Positions 11,617 through 24,330 of a stretch of DNA of 64,000 nucleotides are shown one piece after another. The position numbers and the translations under genes were made by a program. Within the stretch, counting starts at the first letter, position 1; each line of letters starts with the position of its first letter. Origin of the DNA: Glaucostegus cemiculus (lineage: Eukaryota); the NCBI GenBank assembly GCA_976551045.1, contig CDPCPM010000013.1:26846001-26910000 (forward strand), given 5' to 3'. The notes beneath the pieces were generated by a model. It was given only the letters and a program-made list of their open reading frames with translations, did not search any database and was not told the DNA's origin.

Positions 11617-12965
11617 AAGCAAGACGCTAAACATAGACTGTTTAGACTGGATTTTTTTAAAAAAATATGGGACAGAACGAAATCAACAAGATCAGGACTA
11701 TCGCAATGATAGCAGGTTTTCTACTGTGATTGTGAGGCTGGCGATTGCATAGAATGAGTGCATTAAAACTGCAGGTGTCTTTTCTTTTTTAAAAAAATAT
11801 GAAAAATCTGAACCCTCTTGGCTTGTGGTGATCGACAGGTGGACCCCTCCCCACTCCCGTGACCCCAGATACTTCCAGATAAGTGTGAATTCATTCCCCT
11901 GCTGTTTCAGAAGGACTGGTTTATAAAATAATTTCCAATTTGGTCCAGTGAGATCGGCCGTGGTCGCTGGTTGACTGTAAGGTGCCTGGTATACTTCCAG
12001 CGACTTGTTTTTCTTGGTTCTGTCAGGTGCATAGGTAACATGGAAAGAACGAAAATCTTTCATTCTGTTATATCAAATAGAGAAACTGTTCTTAATGTAA
12101 ATCACGGCAATCTGCGGACGAAATGGAGATAATCCGTACTGACTATATAAAAGGAGGACCGGTAAAAGAGGGCCTTTAAAACGCAAAACTTCCGAACAAC
12201 ATTAAACCTGCAAGGCAGGGAAATTTTCAAGAGAAAATAATTAAATGGGTTGATCCAAAAATAATGACAGATGGAACTTTCAGCGGCGAGGCTTGTTGGA
12301 AAAGACAAGACAAAGGACTGGGGGATTTGGGCGAGAAATCGTCCCAGATGTGGCTTTGATGATTGGTTCATTATGTTGTGTTCGACCTCATCCCCACCCC
12401 CTCTCCCAACACCATCCCCCCAAAAAACCTTCGCCCCAATGTTTTCTAATTTCACCTCCAGCCGAATGGAGTAGAAACAATTTTTATTAAAAAGAAAAAG
12501 AGAAAAAAAAAACACTCCACCATCTGCAGCTGCACTTACTGAACTTATCCTCTTCTAAAACCATTGCCAAGTTGAATGAATGGGTGCTGTGGATGCGACT
12601 GTATAAAACTGCCATTTCCAAGCAGTGTTCTTGGTAGGTTTCAATATAGACTTTACAAAGACGGCAATATAGAGTCAGTAGATCAGTTACTGATCTAAAA
12701 AATATTTACTTTATATTTTCATCAAAATTGACTTCTTTTAATATTTTATTCAGAATACCTATGAACTGCTGCAAAACGGTAATTTATTTTTCCCCAGATC
12801 TTGTATTAGATGTTTTCAAAACGAGCACAAATAAATGCGATGAAAAATGGACAGTTGTTAGGTAATAAGGGTATCTTTTGATGTGATAATTTGATTGTAA
12901 TTTAATTTGAGTAGTGATTCCGTAAGAGATGATTCAAGAAATAAATTTGTTAGAGTCAAACGATT
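11617..12965 (+). other. Probable POU3F3 3'UTR
   Basis: Runs from the TGA to AATAAA at 12940-12945, which is followed by a GT-rich downstream element (tcgtgtgtctggtgt, ~12973-12987). A second AATAAA lies at 12830-12835. Confidence 0.6.
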
Positions 12966-12990
12966 TTATGGCTCGTGTGTCTGGTGTACA
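12940..12990 (+). terminator. Polyadenylation signal with GU-rich downstream element
   Basis: AATAAA with a GT-rich tract ~30 nt downstream. Confidence 0.6.
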
Positions 12991-15624
12991 ATAACAGTTG
13001 GATTCTGTTGAAGAAAAGTGTTAGTCTAGGGTAAATAGAGAATTTATTTATGAACCATAAATCCAATGGTGTATGATTCAACCAGACTTTGATATTTAAT
13101 ATAGTTTTAGTTTTAAACAATACGTTTTGTTTTATTTTGAAAGGATGGTTTACGTTAAAAATAAGTTATGATTTTCTAAATGAAATTTAATTAGAGTCTA
13201 TTTTCCATGTTATCATACACAGATAGGCTTTTAATCACGCTTAAGTCCTCTGATGAGTTTGGATGATTGCCCTGTATCTGCTTTCTGCATTTTATGGAGT
13301 TTCCAAAACGGAGAGCACAACAAGCCTCAGCTTCTGTTCTATTGAGTTTGCATAATTTTCCTACGCCATTGGTTTGCTATCTTTTTAAAAACAAAAAATA
13401 ACCTTGTCAAAAATATTGGACCTTAATGGGGCGGTTTAAATGTGGAGGTATTTATTCGAAAGCAACATATCCGAGCTGTTTAGGTGGGGTGATACATGAA
13501 ATTTCAAAAAGAGGTTCATCCGCAGGTCACAGTTTCATTGAATGGTTGTGTTTATAGAGTTTAGACTGGTTTACTCTGTATTTCAAAAGCAAGACCCAAT
13601 AGAACAAGGACGTCTGAATATATTTAATTAAAGGCGTTTTACCTAAAAATTCCCAATACAGCTCTAAAGGTAAACCACGTATCATATGCAGGGAATATTT
13701 AAAATAAAATTATAGACCATCATGAAAGCGTTTAATGGCGTTTAATATTTTACTTACCTGTAGACAAAGGTCGTAAGCCACTTTGATTTATAACAGGGTT
13801 CTCTGTTGTTCAGGGTTTTTTTCCCACAAGCATCCTTTAATGCTTTATACCAGTGGCATCTTGCTAAAAATACAGATGAGAATTACAAGTATGATTCTAT
13901 TATGTATATTACATTTCTGTTCGCCGGTATAAGCTTCATGCATGAGAAATGTGTTCAGAAGTAATCAAAAATCTACGCCGTGCAATATTTCGGAACGTCC
14001 TCTTTCCTACTATTTGATAGTTTAACGGTTTTTTTAAACAAATGCCTGGCTGACATTGATGTGCGGTGCTATTGTGATTCTGTCTTTTCTGCATATTCTG
14101 AAACAATACTTTATAATCCAGTCTAAACATTTTTGACTGTCAAAACGTTCCTGATGGTGTGAGGTGTGGAGGAGATTGATGTGGCGAGATGCTTGGTGCA
14201 GAGATTCGTTATTGTTTTAAAATACAAAATAATCACACGAGGTGACAACACATGTTAGGTTGTTGGCATGCTCTGGATTAGATTCTTTCTTCGAACAGCT
14301 CGGCATGTGACGTCAGTGAAGTGCTATATTACAGTTAGATCTCGGAATGTATGATCATTTTGCTATTATATTCTACTGCCGTTGTTTTAGCTTATGAAGA
14401 CCTGCGTATGCGGCGTGTACCAATAGGAAGTTGTGGGTCAGCGCAGCGTTGTACTGGGAATTCAAGATCACAATACCAGAAGTTGTTAAGTCCCAAATAG
14501 AAACGTTTCTCGGCACTTATGGTCACTAGGAACCGCGCTGATAAGTGGCACAGTGATACTAATGAATAATGGGGGCTATGGGAACATTAGGCTTGTCAGT
14601 AAGATAGACTCTTGTTAGCAAATAATAATATGTGATTCCGAAAATCCTTTCTTTTTACGCACATGAAGGGGGCTGCTTGTTAGGAAATTATCAGAACTGT
14701 ATAAACTCTCCTGGAGGATGATAATTTGTGCATTCAAGAAAGAGTGCAATCCCGAATGATTTATGTGTCAGTCCCGAGCGACTAAAGCCTCCGAAACTTA
14801 GGCCAACATCTGATTTTGTAAGTTTGATGTTTTGAAGGAAATGAAGCGTTGACGTTGGATTACTTATAAGTGTTCCATTAGATAGCAGAAGAGCCACTGG
14901 AGAATTGCGTGAAATAAGAAACACTGTTCCACTCTTTTCCATATTAGTTCAATTCATTCAGGAGAAGTTCTATTTAAGGCCCCGTTTGAATTGCACTCAA
15001 TTCTGTGACGGCCCGCTGGACAAGTAATTGGAGTATGTGAGAAAATGCAGAATCAAAGATAAAGTATAATAAATAATAAAATATATTTCTAGGTGGCAAA
15101 CTTTGAACTGTTTGATATTACCCCAGCAGACTGGATCTAGGTTCTCATTTAATCCGCTTATCGTATATTTCGAATTTGTTTTATCTTCGCATTTTCTCAG
15201 CAATTATTTCTATATTTTCCTTTATTATTTCCATTTGAAATGGAATGCATATAATTACAAGAAGTATACTTGTAGAAAGGTCCCTTGTTAACCTGCATTA
15301 ATTTCTCGCTCCTTTATCTGTATTTTTCGGTGACACATCAGCTCTCCTCGGTTTACCAGCGACTCACAATTTCTCAGGCGCATCGCCTGTTTGCTGGCTA
15401 TCTTATTATGGAATCCCCAGATGTCTCCTTTCCAGTTTCAAAATATTTACCTATCAATTATTCGCTGGACATGTTAGAATATTGATGTGCATGTGCAGAA
15501 ATTATAGGAGCATTGAAATACACGCACAAACACAACACAGAGTGCTTGTACTTCAATTAAATCTCTTACTGTCTCTGCTTACGTCATTTTCTATTTATTC
15601 TGCGAATGGTTGTGAATATTATAT

Positions 15625-15800
15625 ATTCATTTACGGGATGTGGGTGTCGCTAGAAGACCGGCATTTATTGTCCATCCCGCACTGCCCTTGAGCAGGTGGT
15701 GCTGAGCCGCCTTCTTGAACCGCTGCTGTTGTTGTGATGGAGTTATCGCACAGCGCTTTCGGAAAGATAGTGCCAGGCTTTCGACCCAGTATTCAAAAGT
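15625..15800 (-). mobile_element. LINE 3' end (CR1/L2-group)
   Basis: gggatgtgggtgtcgc...gcatttattgtccatccc...gcccttgagcaggtggtg.tgagccgccttcttgaaccgctgc. Homologous to the copy at 24070 and to the reverse complement of the LINE tail at ~46050-46165. Confidence 0.7.
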
Positions 15801-18800
15801 ACGCCTTATGTTTGGGCAGTCATTGTTGCCGCTTTCACCCGTTGAAATTTATTCGCCTTTAAGTGCAACTGTCACGAGAGAGCGAAGTAAATTGTTGCTA
15901 AGACTTCGAGGAGGTGAGGTAAGTTTCAAAATAACTGGCGGTTGTTTACGATTAGGCGATATTCCAGAATGCTGTCCCTATCAGTTTTTGAGTGAGGTTT
16001 AATCTTTTTTCAAAAAAAAAGTTAGAAGAACATTCCGAATTTACCTCACAAGCACATGTTGAAGCCGTGCTGCCAACTTAAATGTTAATTGATCAAAACT
16101 CACAAGCTGCTGCAACAGGTGTATTTTGTACCGAACTTGTTCAATTGAGTTTGCATTCTTATGCAAGTTTCCCATATCACGAGGTGGGAATTAATCCGCG
16201 TAGTATTTCCACCAATGTCCTTAGGGGAAAAAAGTTGAAATATTTGTAAGATATTCGGCTCATTTTTAAAACAAATTGCTAGTGGTATACTTCCCTTTTT
16301 TTGCTTGACTTGGACCGACTCGAGAGCTATATATGAAACTGACATCTGAGCATAGGTTGTGCTACTTTATAAATGGATCAGAAACGGCGCCAGAAAACAA
16401 ATATTAGTGGTTAGCTGAACACATTCTGCGGTTTGATATTCGGGTTTAGGGGTGGAATGAGTATATTAGCTTCTAGTTAATTATTTTGCTTTAACAAGGT
16501 GTGGCGTAACCTAATCTACGCAACAGTTTGACAACATGTTACACGCCAGTGGCAGAAGGTGCTGTGAAAGAATAGTTCTTAGGCTTGGGGAAGCGGCATT
16601 GGCTAATGAGTGTTCCCATGGTTGAGTTTCGTTATTATAAAGATTTTTTTTTAAATGTATGGTATGCATACCTAATACTGTGAGCGATCTTCTTACTGCA
16701 AATGGAGATCAAATTGGTAGAATTTTTAATGTTGATAACAGGAAGGTGAAATCACAAAACAGAGTTGTTTCATATACGAAAATCTTTAACTTTTCAAATA
16801 AGGGTTATGTTGGAAACCATATGCAGTAGTCACATTTAAGCGCAGGTGTATATTTGTGTCTCGTTAAACTGATCTGCATTTTAATTGCGAACCGCCATGA
16901 AAGCCCATCTGGGCTCAAGTCAAAGTGCTTTCATTCTACTTAGTCTGCCTCTGTTCCCATTGCAATAAATGCTACAGTTTCAGCTGTTCCAACCTCCCAC
17001 TGACCCACCCACTCCCTCCTCTTCGGGAAAATAGTAGTGCAACGCGCAGGTTTGTACGTGCAATTTACTTTATTTTAATCGATACACACTCCCAATTACA
17101 GGCAGAAAAGAAATGTATCTGACAAAATGTTGCAATCTTTTCAGCCTAACGTGGTCTGCATCCTTGCTGCACGGAAGATGGCCAAGATTTGGGGAATCTG
17201 TCTTAACCGGTGCTGGTGCATTGCAAGTGGTCTTGCCAAGAGTTTCCACTGCCTTCACGTAAGACAGATGCTGCCCATACTGCAAGTTGTTTTCCAGGTT
17301 TCGACCATTCATTAAAAAGCAGCAGCCTTTAAAAAAATCTCATTTCTCCGATCGATTAGCTAGCACCGGTTGCTTAGCAACTATATTCTAGCGGAGTTGA
17401 AATAAAGTGAATTTTTATATTACTTTTTCGGTGAAGTATAACAATGGAACAATAATTTCCCATGTTCACATGATTGTTGTGAGTGTAAATTCAAAGCTGC
17501 AGATAAGTTCAGAACTTCAAAACTCAATGGTTTATATTATTAATAAGGCAGATATCGGGGAGAATACACCATTCTATTCAGTACCATCACTTTTTGGTAA
17601 TCAACTGTTCTCTACCATTAGATTTATTTCTAAAAATCGACTGTGAAGTTGATTTTAGATACTTGAATTGGCATGGTGTAGTGTTCTGTGGTTTGCCTGC
17701 TGTGTGATACGGGGTGTTCTTCAGATAGCTTCTCATGCAGAGTGTTACAGATTGACTAGTGAAAAAGAATTGCGTGTTTGCCCAGACTTGGTAGTAATTG
17801 AACAGGTCACTCCATCTGGTGGGGAAACATTTACACTTCGGGCCTGAATCCGAGTGTTGTGCTAAACCTCCATAAAACCCCGCGAGATTTCTAACTAAGG
17901 CATTTAAAGTGACAGTTTTATGTGCATGACTGTATATTGTGCCGGTTGATTTTTAACTTCCGATTCATACCTAGTTCTTACTTACTTCATATGTTCCTTT
18001 AGTTGATCGCTTCTTTTAGAATGATTGCAGAAACTAACGCCACAATCGCGTAATGCCTACCACACCGAATCCCTTTAAATGCCTGTATTTAATTTGCCAC
18101 ATTCAAGTTGAATTTGTATTAAAATCACATAATTCGTGTTGTTGAAGACTTGAATGTGCAAGAGCCAAGGCATGACTATGCATAGATGTGGTAGTTAAAT
18201 TATTGCCTAGAGGCAGCTATGTACTGACTTGACAGATCAACATATTCCATCTTACATATTATTAAAGCGTACAGCTGAAATTACACAATTGTTCCAATTT
18301 CTCGTTCTATGGCCAGGTCTACTCATTGGTTCTAATGGTCCGATAATTAAAATAGCGTATGATCATTCGTGGATCTTTGCCGATCTAAAGTAATTGTTAG
18401 ATGGAACAACGTAATCGATCCGGGTCTGAAGTGATACAGTGCAATTGTACTCAAAAAAAACCTCAAAGAAAAATATAGAAGTTTTTAGCGAATGAATTCG
18501 GTGACCCGTGCGGGATCAGCCGGCTCTGAAAAGATTCCCGCACAGCTCCACAAAGGTAGAGAGTTCTTTTGTTCAAACTGCTCTGTTGCATCCAGTGGGG
18601 AGACAAATTGACTTTATACAGACTTTATTGCAGACCTTAAAGATATGCTTCTGGAGTTTGCTGCTTGATTTATCCAGTTTATGTAGTTTCTGATTACAAA
18701 ATTAATACAACCACATTCTTGTGTTTTTTTTTTGTTGGTGTGGTTTCTAATAACAAATGCTCAATATGTATAAACAAACCTCAGTGCGGCCTTAATTGCG

Positions 18801-21509
18801 AATACTGTCCATCGCTATACTATTTGCAGAACGATTAAGTTCGCCGTGTAGATTCTCACTATAAAGATCCACTTTAAAAGAGCGGTAAATATACGTTGTA
18901 ACAAGGTGCTTAAACCTTTCATAATGTTTAATTTCCCCACTTTAATCGCAGCCTTGCCTAAATCTATATTGAAGCAAGATAAACGAAATAATGGATTCGA
19001 CCAGATGCCAAGTTACTTGAATCTTTTTTGATCCTCTTTTATATGAGATGGTGGGCTTAGTTATCGCTGTGATATTTCCAATTATTTAATTATTTTCAGT
19101 GTTTTATTTTTGTCGAGGATGACTCCAGTATCGGTCAGTGTGGAGGATCAGTTCGTGGAGAACAAGGTTGTCAAAGTCAGAGGAATTCTGGCGAGAAAGG
19201 CAAACGTGACAGAGTAAAGGATGGGGGAGGGGAGATAATATTTGAAACATCAAACAAGCCCCAGAGCTGTTTAACCCTTTCACCATAGATCCCTATACAA
19301 ATTAAACCATACAATATTTCGATTTAAGTGTTTCCAGGTAGCTTCCAATATTAAGTTAACTTCCTCATAAATAGTATTTTCTTAGTTTATTCAACAAATA
19401 GAAATTACCTTCTCCAGCTTTTTATTGCACATATGAGTCACTGGGAGATTACTCGCGGGTAATGGCCTAATATTCTCGTATTTACTATTCAATATGCATT
19501 TATAATCATCTTTTTAAGTTAAATAATCCGATTCGTTTATTATTTTAATGTCACAATTTACGTCAAAATGAATACACGTTTCAGAGATCATTAAAACTTG
19601 ATAATAACAATCACATTGAGCTTTAGGGAACCCACTGGCCGGTAAAATACTGTTCTGAGCTTGATCTGGTAGGTGATTGTAACTGTTGGTAGTATTTGTG
19701 TTTATGTATACGCATGAACTGTTGTGAGGCTACTTTTTATCAACATAAAGAAAGATAATCTGGAACTGATACGGATTGACTCCCATATCAACTGAGTCAA
19801 CAGAAGTTCCAATCAAAACAGATGAGCCCTGTAATTTCGTGCTCTATAGAGAGCCGTAGCGTTCGTTAACATGCACCCAAATACGGTAATATGGAATGAA
19901 ATGCACACGTGGAATTAGCAGGTATATATCCTTACCATTAAACATACGGTTTGATATATCTGTATACATCACCTAATCAGTAGATTGTGCATACACCTTG
20001 AACACAGACGCCATGAGGCACTGTGTGTTTTAATGGTTGGATTACTGGACAACATTCAGGTCCATACTGTTAACAGTGCGTCTTATACCTTGGTTTTATT
20101 GTGACATTGAGCATGACGGTGTGAAATGCTTGGATGGATGCTTAACAGCGCACTTTTTCTTAGATTGTTCCTCACCATGAACAACAGATGGTCTTTGCCA
20201 TAACTCCATTATGTCCTGGTTCAGATTTCCTGGTGGTACATACGGCAGGTCAAGACTAAGCTGAACAGGTATGTGGAATTTTGAGATCTATTTCGAAATT
20301 ACTTTGACACTGGTGAGCCATGTTGTATGGATTGCTTAAGCCGCTCAGTAAATCGGGGAACACCCACAGCAGAAATGAGATGATCAAAGATGGTCGTTCT
20401 TGAATATTGTGCAACTGTTTGGGGGAAATGGAGTTTTTAGTTTCACGAGGGACTTGGAGGAAGTGATATAATCGTGGCCACTGCAATCCACCTGCGTTTG
20501 AATCAGAAACATTTCGAGGTGCAGGAACCTTTCAGCCAAGACCACAGTTCACGAAGTTCTTGTGGGTTCTATCAGTGTAGGCAAGATGCATTGTTTGACT
20601 ATCCTTTTATCTATTGAATTTTAAATTCGGTGAACGTTATCATCGGCTACTGTGTACTGGGCTTTAATTTTGCCACACTACCATATCTTTAACTACGTGA
20701 AAAGCTTCCTGTGTAGATGTGCCCTTGTAGTTATGTACCTCAATTACAACGTTATTTTCCCAATAAAATTCTAATTTTGAAATGTGTGTCATTATGAATA
20801 TCCGCCCCCCACTCCCATTTTCCTTACTAATAATATACAGCATACTAGAATTAGAGTGATATACATATACTTCTTTTAAAGGAAAAGTATTTTGAGAATT
20901 GAGACAAATATCGATAGCCACTGTCCACAACGCTGGCATGAGCCCACCAGTCCTTGCATTTTGCATTTTTAACACAATTAGTTTTCATACAAAATCACTC
21001 AAGCACCATCCACCTCCGGATGGAGATTACAATACATAAGAAAATTGAGTAAAGTTCAGTCAGTAGCCAGCTTCCATTTGTGGGCATACGTTAAGTGAGG
21101 GATTTAGGTTTTAAGCCAAGCTGCACAGTACAGATGGAAGGTCGTGCAAGCTGCGTTCCGATTGCTCTTTCTAATCTATGACCTTTCTGGTACCAATTTA
21201 TAATACACTAGCTCGCTTTTCAAAACTAAAAAAACAACATAGTGGCAGTAAATTTACCATTTTAGAGGAAACTATTTTAACTTAACTATACCATTTCAGT
21301 TGAAGAATTTATGTCTCAAATCGTTGTCTGAGAAGTATACACCAGGGCCTAATGTTCTCTCTTGAAATCCCAGTTATGCCAGAAACCTTGCAAACACTTA
21401 TAGCATTAGCCGAAGATCAGGAGATAGCAAACAATGGATCAATTTTTGCACAGGTATCTGGCATCCTCTTTTTATAAAGAGGTTTTAAGTATTGAAAGAA
21501 TATTTTTTA

Positions 21510-21695
21510 AAGAAAAGATTCTGAAGGAACTCAGCGGGTCAGGCAGCATCTGTGGAGAGATACGGACGGTCGATGTTTCGGGGTCGATATCCCAAAAGGA
21601 CGACCCTCCATTTCCTTCCACAAATGCTGTCGTACCCATTGAGTTCCTCCACCAGTTCGTTTTTTCATGCTGCAGATTCCAGTCTTTGTGTCTCC
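21510..21695. mobile_element. Palindromic Penelope terminal-repeat-derived element
   Basis: ggaactcagcgggtcaggcagcatctgtgga ... ttccacaaatgctgtcgtacccattgagttcc form inverted arms around gatgtttcggggtcga. Confidence 0.7.
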
Positions 21696-23494
21696 GTAAG
21701 AATGCTAAACATACTGTCCCTGTGTCAAATTAGCCTTCCTATGCGAATGGTGTTTGGTGTGGGTCAATGGGACACAAGTTATCAACTGGTGCTTAGAAAA
21801 ACAGGAGTCAATCCCAGAGGTTATAAACCTTGCTGATAGATCTTTGCAGTACTCCCTGGCACATGCTAAGCGTATAACGGCATACTATGGTGGTCACTCC
21901 TGTTCCATGAAGCAAAATATTTGTGTACCATGGTCAGAACTCTGGTCCTATCGTTCGGGAGCAGTGGAATTGTGCAGCAAACACGTCCTTTAACAATATA
22001 TTGTGTTTCGAATGAGTTACAAACTAAACGAAATCTTTTTCCAAGGAGACACAATATGAGGTGAGATTCTTAAGCTCTCCGAGTCACACTTCTCCTGCAG
22101 CAGAACACTGGCGCTTCCTGTTGAAACAAATAACCATAGTGATCCACACCGTGTTTACATTCAGACCTATGTTGCATGTTGTTGCAACGTTTGTGGTAGT
22201 CCAGAGTATTAATACACGATGCCTAATGAGAATGAGAGGTCTGAGTAAATTTACATCATCGTGTTTACAGAGCTTTCTGTAGACACGGCCTCAGAACAAT
22301 GCGACAGGATGACAATAATTGGTGATGTTGGAGACCAATGAACACTAAATGTAATCTGTTAGTCTCCTTTGGTCGCATAAAATGACAGCCTTATGGCCTG
22401 AAACCTGACGGGAAAAAAAAGCCAAATGCGGACGGGAGATTGGCACACATAAGCACGCCCAGTTTACGCGCGCCTGTACGCACATACAGCCGACATACTA
22501 ACTTTAATTTACATGGATTATATTCAATCAGTAATGGACGCACCAGACTAGCATCTTATTCCAAAATGCAAATAAGTTATAGCAGTCAATGTGCGGGTAA
22601 ATACTTGAAATCATGTTGCCAAACAATATATTGCATTAGCATTTTGTTCGAATAATTCTACTGGAACTAATGTCTGGCCAAAAGTATATACAGTCATTCT
22701 ATACTCGGTAAGGTAAGGCTCAGCATGTAAAAACAAAGTACCGTCCAATTCTTTAACATTGCTATACAACAAATATTGAATTTAATTGAAATACCAAAAG
22801 CCATATTAGATGGAGAAATTGTTAACTGTTAAACCGGGCTCCATCATTGGTTATTATTATTTTTCTTTAACTAATTCGGTTTAACCTCCATTTTCAATAG
22901 TATAGTCAAATAAATATTCCAATTTAACACGTTCATGCATTTAGTTTTTCTCTAAATTAACCTTTTTAAAATGATTTTGAAAAATCTTTTTCCTCAGCAT
23001 ATTCCTTGAGTAGAGAATATGTGCAAGGCCTTGGGAAAAGTGAAAAGTAAAATGGGATAAGGAGGAAGTGAGAATTCTAATCCGGCAGTTCTTTAATGAG
23101 CCTGTGCAGACGGGACAGGTAGAGTGGCCGCCTTGTCATTCTTGGATTCATGTGGATTTTGTGACTTGAGAGATCGGGGTGCAGTGGTACCAGTGCTGCA
23201 CCGAACGTGAACATTAAGAGACACGTGCATGCGGTGAGACGATGATACTCATATCATCTGCAGCAATCGAGTAAGATTTGAGCAATCAATGTGCATCTGC
23301 TGGCCTGGATAGATTGCGTCAATCAAACTTCGCCCCTTACTATTGAAAGAATAATATTGCTAAGGTATTTTACATGTGCCGTTCCCTCTTTAGATAAATC
23401 TCCAGAAAGAATGTATTTAACAACTTCCATGTCATGCCAGAGCTTTGCGATTTATTCTATATTATATTTTGTAAATTATCTGGAAGTATACATG

Positions 23495-23830
23495 TATTTA
23501 TTTCAGGATATGTGCATCAATGGCAAGACCAGCATTTATTGGCTTCCCTTATGGCTGGCTAGGCCGTTTCAGAGACAACAACTTGGCTGTTGGTCTGGAA
23601 TCGCATACAGGCCAGACCAGGTAAGGATTGCTGGTTTCCTACCCTAGTGGGCATTAATGAAATCCAGATGCATCGGTAGCTTCATGGACATCATTGCTAA
23701 GACTATCTCTGTGTTGTTTTTTTTTGTCGTTCCATATGATGAATTGAATTTTAAGTCCAAGACTACTAGGTTCGAATTTGAATTCAGTTCTCTCGATTGC
23801 TTGTTACATTTACCCATTACACCACCATCC
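23495..23830 (-). mobile_element. tRNA-derived SINE sharing its tail with the CR1/L2-group LINE
   Basis: Tail ggatatgtgcatcaatggcaagaccagcatttattg, body ggtctggaatcgcatacaggccagaccaggtaagga, and a degenerate tRNA-like head. Homologous to 38920-39210. Confidence 0.6.
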
Positions 23831-24064
23831 GATCCTTGCCGCCTTCTCTATTCATCTCCCTTTGCCCACCTGTTACTAAAAAGGCAGATAGGGGCCTTGA
23901 GCTCCATGTGTCTGCCGCAGTCCCACTGCAGTGGCCCCTTCTACTGAGCAGCACCTAGCGGCCATAATCACCAGGGCATAACTTTCAATTGGTTGATTCT
24001 GCGTGATAAAGGAGTTTGAAACTGCGCGTCAGAAATCATGTAACTCTGTTTTCTTTTACAGGTA

Positions 24065-24330
24065 TTGAATGAGGGCATCGCAGGCTAACACAGCATTTAT
24101 TGTCCATCTATAATTGCGCTTGAGTAGGTGACGTGAATCGCCTCCTTGAGCCGCTGCTAGTAATGAAGGCTCTTCCACGGTGCTGTTGGGTGGGCAGTTC
24201 CAGGATTTAGTCCCAGCGGCCCAATCGAGGGAAGTGTTTCTAAGCCAGAATGGTTTTTAACTTGGAGTGCTGGTGGTGTTTCCTTGCGTGCACTGCTCCA
24301 CTTCTGTGTTGGAACCATTATGGATTTTGG
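24065..24330 (-). mobile_element. LINE 3' end, same family as 15625
   Basis: cagcatttattgtccatctataattgcgcttgagtaggtg...cgcctccttgagccgctgc...gttccaggatttagtcccagcg. Confidence 0.65.

Noticed and set aside
11614-11709. Stop-codon readthrough (30 open codons after TGA), by analogy to Drosophila vvl/drifter
   Set aside because: Context is TGA-AAG, not a leaky TGA-CTAG type. The extension crosses T7/A7 homopolymers and its length is compatible with chance.
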